This document shows, piece after piece, positions 49,621-59,118 of a DNA stretch of 64,000 nucleotides (within the stretch, counting starts at the first letter, position 1; the number at the start of each line of letters is the position of its first letter). Location of the stretch: assembly GCA_964553245.1 (NCBI GenBank), contig CAZKJM010000001.1, positions 362,667 through 426,666 on the forward strand, given 5' to 3'. Under the pieces are notes generated by a model. The model saw nothing but the letters and a program-made list of their open reading frames with translations. It was not told the DNA's origin and made no database searches. Made by a program: the position numbers and the translations under genes. This DNA comes from an uncultured Gammaproteobacteria bacterium. Lineage in GTDB: Bacteria; Patescibacteriota; Microgenomatia; Levybacterales; UBA12049.

Positions 49621-49974
49621 ATGACAATCACAATTAATGACATTACCGTTAAAGTCAAATTGCTTAAATCCGACACCATCTTAGCTCAGGCAACAGTAAT
49701 ACTCTTCGATATTTGGATAGAGCATGGTTGGAAAATCCTAAAGTCAGATCGGCTTCATCCCCAATTACAAGACTATGTTTGGATTCAAGCTCCTAGTTAT
49801 AAATTTATCGGTAAGTGGAACGAAATCGTTTTTATTGACGATAGCAAGCTGTTTGATCAGGTTGTGGAGAAGGTCTACGACGCTTATCACCTTGCCAGAA
49901 GCAAAGATCCTAATTACGGAACCAAAGAACCTGTACCAACAGAGGAGGTAAACCTAGATGACATCAACATATAA
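49621..49974 (+). CDS. SpoVG-like protein
   Basis: ITINDITVKVKLLKSDTILAQATVILFDIWIEHGWKILKSD...VWIQAPSYK resembles SpoVG (ITDVRLR...AIASITLD..FVVHDIRVIDG...FVAMPS). Confidence 0.35.
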   Translation: MTITINDITVKVKLLKSDTILAQATVILFDIWIEHGWKILKSDRLHPQLQDYVWIQAPSYKFIGKWNEIVFIDDSKLFDQVVEKVYDAYHLARSKDPNYGTKEPVPTEEVNLDDINI

Positions 49975-50063
49975 AACGCATAGTAACTATATAGGGATTT
50001 ATAAAGGGACATTTACAGTAACAATTTTTCCCTTTAAGAGGGAATGTATTAAAAAGTAACTAT

Positions 50064-50522
50064 ATGAAGAAATCAATAAAAACATTAAGAAACAAAGATA
50101 AAGAATTACGCGACGAGTTGCCATTTAATGAATTTGTAACAAAGCTCGAAAACGAATCTAATCTCCAATACGCAGTATTTCTACTTTACTGTGAGTCAAA
50201 AAGTATCACCGATCTTACGAGGCAGTTGGCGGTGGAAGTTGGTCACAATGAGGGCAGAATGAGTACGGTTTTACGGCATTTTAAGGCTAATTTATCAAAA
50301 CGAACACTTGAGAGATGGAGCAGTAAATATTTCTGGGTCAAGCGCAAAGACGAACAAGTAAGAATATTCTCCAGAGATCTCGTCAAAATAATACAAGAGG
50401 ATGAGCAAAAGAAAGCGGAGGAATTTATCAGAGCCTTGAGTTCCGTCAATAGATTAATTCCAGAAGATGGAAGGAGATTTAACGGGCGAAACTTCAAGAA
50501 AAATAAGGAGGGCTGCAAATGA
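50064..50522 (+). CDS. Hypothetical phage-like regulatory protein
   Basis: 152 aa, charged, no motif. Confidence 0.35.
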   Translation: MKKSIKTLRNKDKELRDELPFNEFVTKLENESNLQYAVFLLYCESKSITDLTRQLAVEVGHNEGRMSTVLRHFKANLSKRTLERWSSKYFWVKRKDEQVRIFSRDLVKIIQEDEQKKAEEFIRALSSVNRLIPEDGRRFNGRNFKKNKEGCK

Positions 50523-50625
50523 CGGTAAAACTGCTCCATATTGACGCCAAAATGACTCCAACTATTGGGGTCTTTAGCTTGATATTCCTTAAATGTTTGT
50601 TTATGTTGTGTGTTGCAAAATAACT

Positions 50626-52233
50626 ATGAAAACTGCCATATTCTGCCGAGTAAGCAGTAAAGAACAAGAGGAAACAGGCTACTCCCTGCCAGCCCAGGAA
50701 AAGTTCTTAAACGAGTATCGAGACAAGCGTGGGTTTGAATCGGGAAAAGTATTCTCCATCTCTGAATCCGCGAGCGGAAAGAAACAAAGACAGTTATTCG
50801 ACCAGATGATGGCGTATGTCAAAAAAACCGATACGAAAATCTTAATCTGTGAGAAGGCAGACCGAATGACTCGCAATTTCAAAGACATGGTTATGATCGA
50901 TGAATGGCTTGAGGAAGACGAGGAAAGAGAAGTTCACCTAGTTAAAGACTCTCTTGTCCTTAATAAGAATTCCCGCTCCCAAGAAAAATTAAACTGGGGT
51001 ATCCGTATCCTATTTGCGAAAAACTACATAGACAACCTATCCGAAGAAGTAAAGAAGGGACAAAAAGAAAAGATTGCCCAGGGGTGGCTACCAACCAAAC
51101 CGCCAAACGGTTACAAGACCATTGGTGAGACTGGGCATAAAATCCATGTCATCGACGAGGACACCGCTCCTTTTGTGAGGAAAATGTTTGAACTATATCT
51201 CACAGGCAACTATTCAACTAAACGGTTATCCAAGAAAATGTATGCCGAGGGCATGAGATCGCAATTAGGGCACAAGCTTCCACACAGCAGAATCCATTCC
51301 CTGCTGCGTGAACCTTTTTATATTGGTAAAATTAAATGGAACGACGAGTTGTATGAAGGTAAACATCAGCCGTTGATTACCGTCGAGCAATTTAATAAAG
51401 TCCAGGCTATGCTTACTAGCAGAACCACACCCAAATACCGCAAGCACAATTTCCTCTTCCGAGGGCTTATCAAATGTGCTGGTTGCCACAACTCAATCAC
51501 CTTCGAAACGGCTAAGGGTCATATTTACGGTCATTGCAACCATTACCATGAATGCCCACAAACAACCTGGGTCAAGGAATATGAAGTTGAAGATCAGCTT
51601 TTAGAAGGCTTTGAAACCTTAAAAATCCAGAATGGTCGTATTGTTGATTGGCTTAAGAAGGCGCTCAAGGAAAGCCATCAAGACGAGGTTGAATATCACA
51701 ACAGCACTGTTAGCGAGCTTGAAGCCCGCTATGAAGCGGTGCAGAAGCGATTGGACAAATTGTATGACGATAAGCTCGATGAGAAAATCACTTCAGACTT
51801 CTACAACAGAAAATTCAAACAATACTCAGATGAGAAAGACGAGGTAACTGAGTCTATAAAGAAACACTCCCAGGCAAGCACAAGCTACATCAACTTAGGA
51901 GTGAACCTCTACGAGCTTTCACAGAGAGCCAAGGAGTTATACCTGCAAGCGAGAGCTAAAGGCATGATAGATGAGCAAAGGGCATTAATCAGGTTTATCT
52001 TCGCCACATTAACGGTTAATGAGGGAAAACTCAGCTATACCTACAGCAAGACATTTAAAATCCTCTCTGAGGCAGTCGAAGCGACCAACGGTTCGAAAGT
52101 GGATAAAACAGACGACTTGGAAAATAAAAAATTCGAACTTACAAAAAAGCCCGACAGTTCAACACAAAAGGACGCTTTGTTGCCTCTGCGTCCCATCTGG
52201 CTCCCCCGCGAGGATTCGAACCTCGAACCTTGA
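50626..52233 (+). CDS. Large serine recombinase (resolvase catalytic domain + recombinase domain + zinc ribbon); 3' end overlaps 3' exon of tRNA-Asn
   Basis: N-terminus MKTAIFCRVSSKEQEETGYSLPAQ (catalytic Ser), central recombinase domain, Cys cluster CAGCHNS...CNHYHEC; start taken at ATG 50626 (track ORF from 50593). Confidence 0.75.
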   Translation: MKTAIFCRVSSKEQEETGYSLPAQEKFLNEYRDKRGFESGKVFSISESASGKKQRQLFDQMMAYVKKTDTKILICEKADRMTRNFKDMVMIDEWLEEDEEREVHLVKDSLVLNKNSRSQEKLNWGIRILFAKNYIDNLSEEVKKGQKEKIAQGWLPTKPPNGYKTIGETGHKIHVIDEDTAPFVRKMFELYLTGNYSTKRLSKKMYAEGMRSQLGHKLPHSRIHSLLREPFYIGKIKWNDELYEGKHQPLITVEQFNKVQAMLTSRTTPKYRKHNFLFRGLIKCAGCHNSITFETAKGHIYGHCNHYHECPQTTWVKEYEVEDQLLEGFETLKIQNGRIVDWLKKALKESHQDEVEYHNSTVSELEARYEAVQKRLDKLYDDKLDEKITSDFYNRKFKQYSDEKDEVTESIKKHSQASTSYINLGVNLYELSQRAKELYLQARAKGMIDEQRALIRFIFATLTVNEGKLSYTYSKTFKILSEAVEATNGSKVDKTDDLENKKFELTKKPDSSTQKDALLPLRPIWLPREDSNLEP

Positions 52234-52478
52234 AGTTACACTTAATCTCCGATTTTCATCGAAGCGTGGACTATCTCATAGCCATATCTTCTTCAGATTT
52301 AGGCTCCAGGCGTATAGTCTCTGAACCTTCCCCGATATAATCGAGACTTGGCTGCGGATTACCTCGCATTTCTGCAGGGGCTTCCCGACAATTAACCCAG
52401 TTTTCACTCCGATGTTTCCATCGAAGGCTGCAATTTCAAATACTACAGCTTCCTGCTCTACCATTGAGCTACAGGGGA
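52198..52478 (-). tRNA. tRNA-Asn(GUU) interrupted by a ~206-nt group I intron in the anticodon loop (exons complement 52445-52478 and 52198-52238, CCA encoded)
   Basis: Exons give UCCCCUG-UA-GCUC-AAUGGUA-GAGC-A-GGAAG-CUGU/UAA-CUUCA-AGGUU-CGAGG-UUCGAAU-CCUCG-CGGGGGA-G-CCA; U1:A72, G73 and loop CUGUUAA as in bacterial tRNA-Asn. Confidence 0.7.
52239..52444 (-). ncRNA. Group I self-splicing intron (no ORF)
   Basis: Contains AAUCCGCAGC (Q), GUUCAGAGACUA (R), AAGAUAU..AUAGUCC (S), P-like AAAUGCGAGGUAA; P1 pairing GAAGCUGU with GCAG(C)CUUC gives U.G at 5' splice site; last intron nt is G. Confidence 0.7.
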
Positions 52479-53224
52479 ATATCTGCTATTTTACCATCAA
52501 ACAGAGCAAGAATCCACCCCATAATTTTACGATGTATCATGGAATCACTAAAGCGAATAGTAAAAACGCCATACTTGTGAATGTTTTTTCTAATTTTTTT
52601 AGTATCTTTTTTTATTTTAGCGATATAAGTTTTATTAAACTGATTTAGCGGAATTCCTGTCAATTTTGACCAAAATATTTTTGCCTTTTTTTCATCTAAT
52701 TCTTCATGAATCCAAATCACTCCTCTAATTCTATCTGGGGAAATCTTGGTAAATCTTAAAAACCATTGCATCATAAATTTAATCAACAGAGGGTCGGAGT
52801 TAGCAAATCCTACATTATGATCTCTTTTGGTTCCCTCAGCCGCATATAAAGCAACCCCTGCTATAAAGCTTTCCCTATCATTTATTTTTCCTATGTCTTT
52901 TCTTGCCTCTTTTCTTGCCTTGTTCGTCTTGAGTATTCTTTCCTGGCGCTTATTTTCAGCAGCAACCAAAGACCCTCTCTTCTGACCAAACATTTTATTA
53001 CTTAAAAGTCTTAATTTTTGTTTTTCAGTCAAAGAAATATCTTTACACCAATCACTTAAGGTGCTTTTTTGCACATCAATCTGCCGTTGAATTTCTCCAT
53101 AAGACAAACCTTGCCTTCTTAATTCTTGCGCCTTTAATTTATCTTCCAATCTACCAAAATAGCCCATTAATTTAATCTTAATCTGCGAACTATCAAAAAA
53201 CAAGTGAGTAAGGATATATACCAA
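52469..53224 (-). CDS. HTH-containing protein with a single LAGLIDADG-like motif (possible homing-endonuclease relative), abutting 5' end of the intron-containing tRNA
   Basis: HTH SYGEIQRQIDVQKSTLSDW; ESFIAGVALYAAEGTKRD resembles a degenerate LAGLIDADG; AT-rich like host genes. Confidence 0.3.
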   Translation of the reverse strand: MVYILTHLFFDSSQIKIKLMGYFGRLEDKLKAQELRRQGLSYGEIQRQIDVQKSTLSDWCKDISLTEKQKLRLLSNKMFGQKRGSLVAAENKRQERILKTNKARKEARKDIGKINDRESFIAGVALYAAEGTKRDHNVGFANSDPLLIKFMMQWFLRFTKISPDRIRGVIWIHEELDEKKAKIFWSKLTGIPLNQFNKTYIAKIKKDTKKIRKNIHKYGVFTIRFSDSMIHRKIMGWILALFDGKIADIPL

Positions 53225-53358
53225 GGTTCGAATAATTAAAGCTTCTTAAAACTAAGAAGTTTTACTTGTCATCATAGTCAGAGTTGTGGAGCATATAGCA
53301 GGTTTCATCTCTACGATTATCTGAAGCTTAGTAAACAAAAAGGGGTAAAGTTATAAAA

Positions 53359-54681
53359 TTAGCTTATTAGTTTTTTTTCTTTAAGGATTTTTTCGATTTG
53401 TTTTTTTGCCTCTTTTGGAACTTCGTATTTTACTCTTGTTGCCGGTTTATTTATTTTTATAAATCTTTCTAAGTTAATCGGCGTTCCTATTACAACCGAA
53501 TCACACTTAACTTTATTAATTGTTATTTCCAGATCTTTTACTTGTTCGTTGCTGTATCCCATTGCCGGAAGAAGAGTGCCGATGTTTGGGTATTGTTTAA
53601 AAGTTTCCTTTATTTTTCCAACTAAATAAGGGCGCGGATCAATAAGCTGTTTTGCGCCGTATTTTTTAGAAGCAGTAATTCCTGCTCCGGTTTTCATTTC
53701 GCCATGGGTTAAGGTTGGCCCATCCTCAATTACCAAAACTTTTTTGTTTTTTATTAAATCAGGCTTTTCTGTTGTAACTTCTGACTCTGTTTTAACAATT
53801 TCCGCTTTTGGATTATATTTTCTAATATTTTCTATTAATTTATATAAGTCTTCTTTTTTAGCATCATTAACTTTATTAACAACCACTAAGTCAGCAAGTC
53901 TTAAGTTTACTTCACCCGGATAATAACCTATTTCGTGTCCTGGTCTTAAAGGATCAACAACCGTTATTGTAAAATCGGGAACATAAAAAGAAGTATCATT
54001 GTTTCCTCCATCCCAAATAACAATATCTGCTTCTTTTTCCGCTTGTCTTAGAATTCCTTCATAATCAACACCTGCGTAAATAATATTTCCGATTGAAATA
54101 TGCGGCTCGTATTCTTCCATTTCCTCAATTGTGCATTTATGTTTTTTAAGATCCGCTATTGTTTCAAATCTTTGGATTTTTTGTTTCTCCAAATCCCCAT
54201 ACGGCATTGGATGTCTTACTAAGACTACTTTTTTACCTGATTTTTTTAATATATTTACAACCGCCCTTGATACCGGACTTTTACCACAGCCTGTTCTTAC
54301 TGCAACTATTGCAATTACCGGTTTTTTACTTTTTAGCATTGTTTTTGTAGCAGAAAGAATAGAAAATTTTGCACCGGCAGTAATTACTCTTGATGCTAAA
54401 TGCATTACTGTACCATAAGATAAATCACTGTATGACAAAACACACTCATCAATCTTTTTTTCTTGAATAATTTTTTCCAAGTCTTTTTCTTCCAAAATCG
54501 GTATTCCTTTTGGATAAAGTTTTCCGGCTAAGCTTTTTGGGTATTTTCTTCCGGCAATATCCGGAATCTGATTGGCTGTAAAGGCAACTACTTGATAATT
54601 AGTATTGTTTTTAAAAACGACGTTAAAGTTGTGGAAATCTCGTCCTGCGGCTCCGATTATTACAATTTTAGTTTTAATCAT
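53359..54681 (-). CDS. P-loop protein resembling cyclic 2,3-diphosphoglycerate synthetase / DUF1611 family
   Basis: 440 aa, N-terminal Rossmann-like IVIIGAAGRDFHNF and P-loop-like VRTGCGKSPVSRAV; length and motif pattern fit cDPGS-like proteins (recall only). Confidence 0.3.
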   Translation of the reverse strand: MIKTKIVIIGAAGRDFHNFNVVFKNNTNYQVVAFTANQIPDIAGRKYPKSLAGKLYPKGIPILEEKDLEKIIQEKKIDECVLSYSDLSYGTVMHLASRVITAGAKFSILSATKTMLKSKKPVIAIVAVRTGCGKSPVSRAVVNILKKSGKKVVLVRHPMPYGDLEKQKIQRFETIADLKKHKCTIEEMEEYEPHISIGNIIYAGVDYEGILRQAEKEADIVIWDGGNNDTSFYVPDFTITVVDPLRPGHEIGYYPGEVNLRLADLVVVNKVNDAKKEDLYKLIENIRKYNPKAEIVKTESEVTTEKPDLIKNKKVLVIEDGPTLTHGEMKTGAGITASKKYGAKQLIDPRPYLVGKIKETFKQYPNIGTLLPAMGYSNEQVKDLEITINKVKCDSVVIGTPINLERFIKINKPATRVKYEVPKEAKKQIEKILKEKKLIS

Positions 54682-54747
54682 TAGAACTTAAAATAAATTC
54701 TAATACTAAAGGATAGTTAAATTAAAAAGAAAAAACAAGGGGCAATT

Positions 54748-56115
54748 TTAAACAAAAAGAAGCCCTGCAAAGCTAAACATTATTACAACAAACATACCGA
54801 TCGCAAATTTATAAGCAAACTCTTTTTTGCCCTGAATAAAGCTATAGAATGACTTTGCTATTAAATTAACTGTGCTAATTAAAATAAACGCTAAAATTGC
54901 CGTTTCGAGATCAATGGTTTTACCAACTAGGGTAGAAACGTTAATAATTGCAGCATCTGTTCCTGTTAAAGAAGCAATTGCGGAGGCAATATAAAATCCA
55001 CTTTGCCCAAAATACAAAAGCGCAATCTGGCTTACAATTTTAATTGTTAAAAATAGAAAAGCAAACTTTATTGCCGGAATCATTGCAAATATTTCGGTCT
55101 CTTTTTCTTTGTTTAAGCTTTTTTCTTCATTGTTAACTTTGCCTTTTTTTAGAAGAAAAAATAATCCTACCAAAAATGCTCCGAATATCGTAGAAGACCA
55201 AACCGGAGTTACACTAACTAAATATGGTCCGTTAATAGATGCCATTAAGATAAATAGGGAAAAATAGCTTACTAAATTAGCAAAAACAGCAGATGCAACA
55301 AGGCTATTTGTGTTTTTTCCGGTTTTGCTTTCCTGAGCAAGTGATTGTGTCGTTGCAGTTGAAGAAATAAATCCTCCTACCATACTTGCCAGAAGCAATC
55401 CTTTTTTCTTACCGATTGTTCTTTCTAAAATATATCCTGCCATATCTACTCCAGTTATAATTGCAATGATAAACCAAAGATTAAACGGATTTATCAACTC
55501 TATTTTTGATAAATCCCCCGCCTGAACACCATAAGTTGATAAAAGATTAATAAAACCAGGAATATCGGAAAGTGAATAGGACTGATTTGGTAAAAAAGGC
55601 AGAATCACAACCGCAATTAAAGCATAGCTTATAAAAGCGTTTATCTCTTCTCTTTGAATTCCTTTAATAGCTAAATTAACTGCTTCTTTTTTAGAAAGAA
55701 TTAAAGTTAGCACAATGGTAATCGCAAAAATTATTTGCAGTGGGAAAAACTCGGTTGAAATTAAAAATCCGATAATAAAAGTGAGCATTATTGCTAGTTC
55801 TGTTGTAATTCCAAAATCCTTAGTAATTAAGCTGTTAATAACATAATATGCTATGGATAAAATAAAAAAAGATGATGCTATAATAAGCGCTATTGATTGA
55901 TAATTATTAATAAGAAGTCCCGTTATGACACCAAGTGTGCTAATTAAAGAAAAGGTACGTACTCCTGCTAAATGAAATTCGCTTTCCAAGCCTTTTTCTT
56001 CTTTTGGTTTTTCAATAATATCTCTTGATTCTCTTTCGAGTCCAATTAAAAGACCCATTACTAACCCTAGTAAAAGTTTTAACGGCAAAATAAGATGCAT
56101 ATTTACATTATACAA
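54748..56115 (-). CDS. MgtC/SapB N-terminal domain + DUF4010 membrane protein
   Basis: GLLIGLERESR motif near N-terminus, ~12 TM. Confidence 0.5.
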   Translation of the reverse strand: MYNVNMHLILPLKLLLGLVMGLLIGLERESRDIIEKPKEEKGLESEFHLAGVRTFSLISTLGVITGLLINNYQSIALIIASSFFILSIAYYVINSLITKDFGITTELAIMLTFIIGFLISTEFFPLQIIFAITIVLTLILSKKEAVNLAIKGIQREEINAFISYALIAVVILPFLPNQSYSLSDIPGFINLLSTYGVQAGDLSKIELINPFNLWFIIAIITGVDMAGYILERTIGKKKGLLLASMVGGFISSTATTQSLAQESKTGKNTNSLVASAVFANLVSYFSLFILMASINGPYLVSVTPVWSSTIFGAFLVGLFFLLKKGKVNNEEKSLNKEKETEIFAMIPAIKFAFLFLTIKIVSQIALLYFGQSGFYIASAIASLTGTDAAIINVSTLVGKTIDLETAILAFILISTVNLIAKSFYSFIQGKKEFAYKFAIGMFVVIMFSFAGLLFV

Positions 56116-56141
56116 ATCACTGAAGATGAATTACAAATGGA

Positions 56142-57224
56142 TTAACCGAGGTAATCTTTTAGTTTATTTCCTCTAGAGGGATGTCTTAGCTTTCTCAGTG
56201 CTTTTGCCTCGATTTGCCTGATTCTTTCCCTTGTTACAGCAAACATTTTCCCAACTTCTTCCAAAGTTTTTGGTCTTCCGTCTTTTAAACCGAATCTTTC
56301 TTCCAAAACCCTTTTTTCCCTGTCGGAAAGCGTTGACAATACCTGCTCCACCTGCTCTTTTAATAATTCCCTTGAGGCAGTGTCAAAAAGCGTTGGGGCG
56401 GATGAATCGTGAATAAAATCACCAAGTCTTGAGTCTTCCTCGTCACCAACAGGTGATTCAAGGCTTGCCGGCTCTTGAGAAATCTTAATTATTTCAAGCG
56501 CTTTCTCAGGATCAATACCTAATGTTTTTGCAACTTCTTCCGGAGTCGGTTCTCTCCCTAATTCCTGCATTAACTTTCTAGATGCTCTTAAAAACCTGTT
56601 TATGTTTTCTACCATATGAACAGGAATTCTAATTGTTCTTGCCTGATCAGCAATTGCTCTTGTAATGGATTGTCTTATCCACCAAGTTGCGTAAGTGGAA
56701 AATTTAAATCCTCTTTGCCAATCATATTTTTCGACCGCTCTTATTAATCCCTGATTTCCTTCTTGGATTAAATCCAAGAGCGTTAATCCTCTACCAACGT
56801 ATTTTTTTGCAATTGAAACAACTAACCTTAGGTTTGAATTAACCAATGTCGCTTTTGCTCTTTTATCTCCCTTTTCTACTCTTTTTGCAAGAGAAATTTC
56901 CTGATCAAAAGTTAAAAGAGGAATTCTTCCGATTTCTTTTAAGTACATTCTTACCGGATCGGAAACTGTTCCTTCGGTAAGAACAGTTAATGCCTCCAGC
57001 TCTTTTTCCAAATCCTCGATTGGTTTTTGATCGTCTTTTTCTGCTGCAACGGATTCAAAAACATCTATATCTGAATTTAAAAGTTTGTTATAAAGTTCGT
57101 CTAGTTCGACAATGTGTTCTTCCGGATGCGGGAAAATGGATAAAATCTCGTCCTGAGTTATGTAACCTCTTTTTTTAGCTGACACTACAATATCACCCAA
57201 GATATTTGGTTGCTTTTGCTTCAT
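56142..57224 (-). CDS. rpoD: RNA polymerase sigma-70 factor RpoD/SigA
   Basis: Region 2 [46 protein letters not shown], region 4 HTH. Confidence 0.85.
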   Translation of the reverse strand: MKQKQPNILGDIVVSAKKRGYITQDEILSIFPHPEEHIVELDELYNKLLNSDIDVFESVAAEKDDQKPIEDLEKELEALTVLTEGTVSDPVRMYLKEIGRIPLLTFDQEISLAKRVEKGDKRAKATLVNSNLRLVVSIAKKYVGRGLTLLDLIQEGNQGLIRAVEKYDWQRGFKFSTYATWWIRQSITRAIADQARTIRIPVHMVENINRFLRASRKLMQELGREPTPEEVAKTLGIDPEKALEIIKISQEPASLESPVGDEEDSRLGDFIHDSSAPTLFDTASRELLKEQVEQVLSTLSDREKRVLEERFGLKDGRPKTLEEVGKMFAVTRERIRQIEAKALRKLRHPSRGNKLKDYLG

Positions 57225-57269
57225 AAGAATTAACCTATTTTAGCACGTTGAGCCTATAAAAGAAACTGT

Positions 57270-59045
57270 CTATATGTTCTTAGGAAGCTTACTAATAATT
57301 AAAGATAGTTCTTTTTCTAAGGCTTCGGTTATTTCTAAGTTATTTTCCTGCTTTGCCTTCTTGAGTTTTTCCGAAATAATTTTTATTTTTTCTTTACCGT
57401 CAATTAAAACCATTTCTTTAACTACTTTTTCCAACTCCTCACTGTATTTTTTTAAATTCTCAAAATCAGATATGGGAAAAATGTAACAAGCATCAAAGGT
57501 TGGCAAAAGTTCCTTTGGTAAAGCACTTGAGAATTTTTTATGATCAAATTCTTCTATGTTTTTAAAATAGTTTATTAAGTAATCCAATATTCTTTTAATG
57601 GCTGGTATTTGAAAAGAATAATTGCTTAATATTGTATTGACCGATTGAAACAATTGTCTTTGGTTTTTACCCTGAATAACCAAAGACAAAAAGTATTCTT
57701 CCAAAATCTCTTTTCTTATTTTTTTATCTTTCCTTTTTATAAAAACACCTTCTTCTTTTTTGCCGCTTTGGATTTTTTGAACCTGTTTAATCAAAGATTC
57801 ATAGGAAACCTCTATTTCTTTACTTAATAATTTTAGATAATGCTCTTTTACTATTTCGTTTTCTATCTGGGAAAGTATTGGAAGAAGCTCGTCTGTAATA
57901 TTTCTTTTTCCTTCGATTTTATTTTTATTGTTCTTAGCAATTGTTCTTGAAATTAAATAATCGTATACACCGATTTCATTTTTAACTGCTTTTTTAAATT
58001 CGATCGGGTCATTTTTAATCGCTTCATCAGGATCTTTTCCGTTGGAGATTAGAATAACCGTTGTTGTTAATCCTCTTTTTTCTAAAACCGCAAGGCTTCT
58101 TTTAATAGCCTCAAATCCGGCTTCGTCTTGATCAAGACATAAAGTAACTTTTTGACAAAACCTGGACAAAAGTATTGCCTGATTTTCCGTTAATGCAGTC
58201 CCCTTTATAGCAACAACATTTTTAATTCCCTCCTTAACCATTGATATCAAATCAAATTCCCCCTCAACTACGATCACTTGGTTTTGTTTTTTTATTTCTT
58301 CTTTTGCAAGGTCCAACCCGAAAAATAATTCACCTTTGTGATATACAGGCGTATCCTTGGTGTTTATATATTTTGGGCCATCCGCTGCGCTTGATTCCTC
58401 AAAAGTTCTTGCCGAAAAACCGACAATGTTTCCTCTATGATCTTTTAAAGGAAACATAATCCTGCCTTTAAAAAAATCAATTATTCTTCCTCTTATTTCA
58501 AAACTTAAACCAGCTTCGATTAAATCTTTTTTTTCTGTCTTTTTCTTATTAATTAAATAATTGGAAAGACTGCTTATTCTCGGAGAAAAACCGATTGAAA
58601 AAGTTTCTATTAAGCCTTTATTCATTTTTCGTTTTTCAAAAAGATAATCTAATGCCTTTTTTCCAACGGAATGGTTTAGCAAAAGATAAGAGTAAAATTT
58701 GGCTGCTTTTTCGTTTAAATTATAAATTTTTTCTTTTTTACCCTGATTTCCTTTATCAAAAATATAATCCTTTAATTCAACTCCTGCTTTTTTAGCTAAA
58801 ATTCTTAAAGCCTCTGGAAACTCAAGGTTTTCATACTCCATTAAAAAAGTAAAAGCATCCCCGCCTTTTCCGCAACCAAAACAATGCCAAATCTGTCTTT
58901 CCGGGGAAATAACAAAAGAGGGTGTTTTTTCGTTATGGAAAGGACAAACAGCCTTAAAATTTCTACCCGCCTTTTTAAGCGAAAGATATTCCGATATTAA
59001 ACTTACGATATCTATTTTTTCCCTGACTTGATTTACCTGATCCAT
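57270..59045 (-). CDS. dnaG: DNA primase DnaG
   Basis: Zinc-binding CPFHNEKTPSFVIS...WHCFGCGKGGD, TOPRIM domain. Confidence 0.8.
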   Translation of the reverse strand: MDQVNQVREKIDIVSLISEYLSLKKAGRNFKAVCPFHNEKTPSFVISPERQIWHCFGCGKGGDAFTFLMEYENLEFPEALRILAKKAGVELKDYIFDKGNQGKKEKIYNLNEKAAKFYSYLLLNHSVGKKALDYLFEKRKMNKGLIETFSIGFSPRISSLSNYLINKKKTEKKDLIEAGLSFEIRGRIIDFFKGRIMFPLKDHRGNIVGFSARTFEESSAADGPKYINTKDTPVYHKGELFFGLDLAKEEIKKQNQVIVVEGEFDLISMVKEGIKNVVAIKGTALTENQAILLSRFCQKVTLCLDQDEAGFEAIKRSLAVLEKRGLTTTVILISNGKDPDEAIKNDPIEFKKAVKNEIGVYDYLISRTIAKNNKNKIEGKRNITDELLPILSQIENEIVKEHYLKLLSKEIEVSYESLIKQVQKIQSGKKEEGVFIKRKDKKIRKEILEEYFLSLVIQGKNQRQLFQSVNTILSNYSFQIPAIKRILDYLINYFKNIEEFDHKKFSSALPKELLPTFDACYIFPISDFENLKKYSEELEKVVKEMVLIDGKEKIKIISEKLKKAKQENNLEITEALEKELSLIISKLPKNI

Positions 59046-59118
59046 AAGAGGTACGCCTATTTTAACACGTTATAGATTAATTTTCCCACTGGACTAAAAA
59101 ATAAATATTTGTTAAGTT

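Noticed and set aside
52239-52444. Anticodon UGU (tRNA-Thr) or GUA (Tyr) for the split tRNA
   Set aside because: Splice after U33 gives UGU but needs a C-C mismatch in P1. GUA would require a 3' exon that leaves an 8-nt loop. The GUU assignment fits P1 with a U.G pair, omega-G, and Asn identity elements U1:A72 and G73.
52198-52478. tmRNA interpretation of the long tRNA-like locus
   Set aside because: The 5' part has a canonical D-arm and anticodon stem, which tmRNA lacks. The insert carries group I Q/R/S elements, and exon joining yields a standard 75-nt tRNA.
53225-53260. GGTTCGAAT T-loop-like string just upstream of the LAGLIDADG-like ORF
   Set aside because: No flanking acceptor or D-arm pairing could be built; an isolated match in AT-rich sequence.
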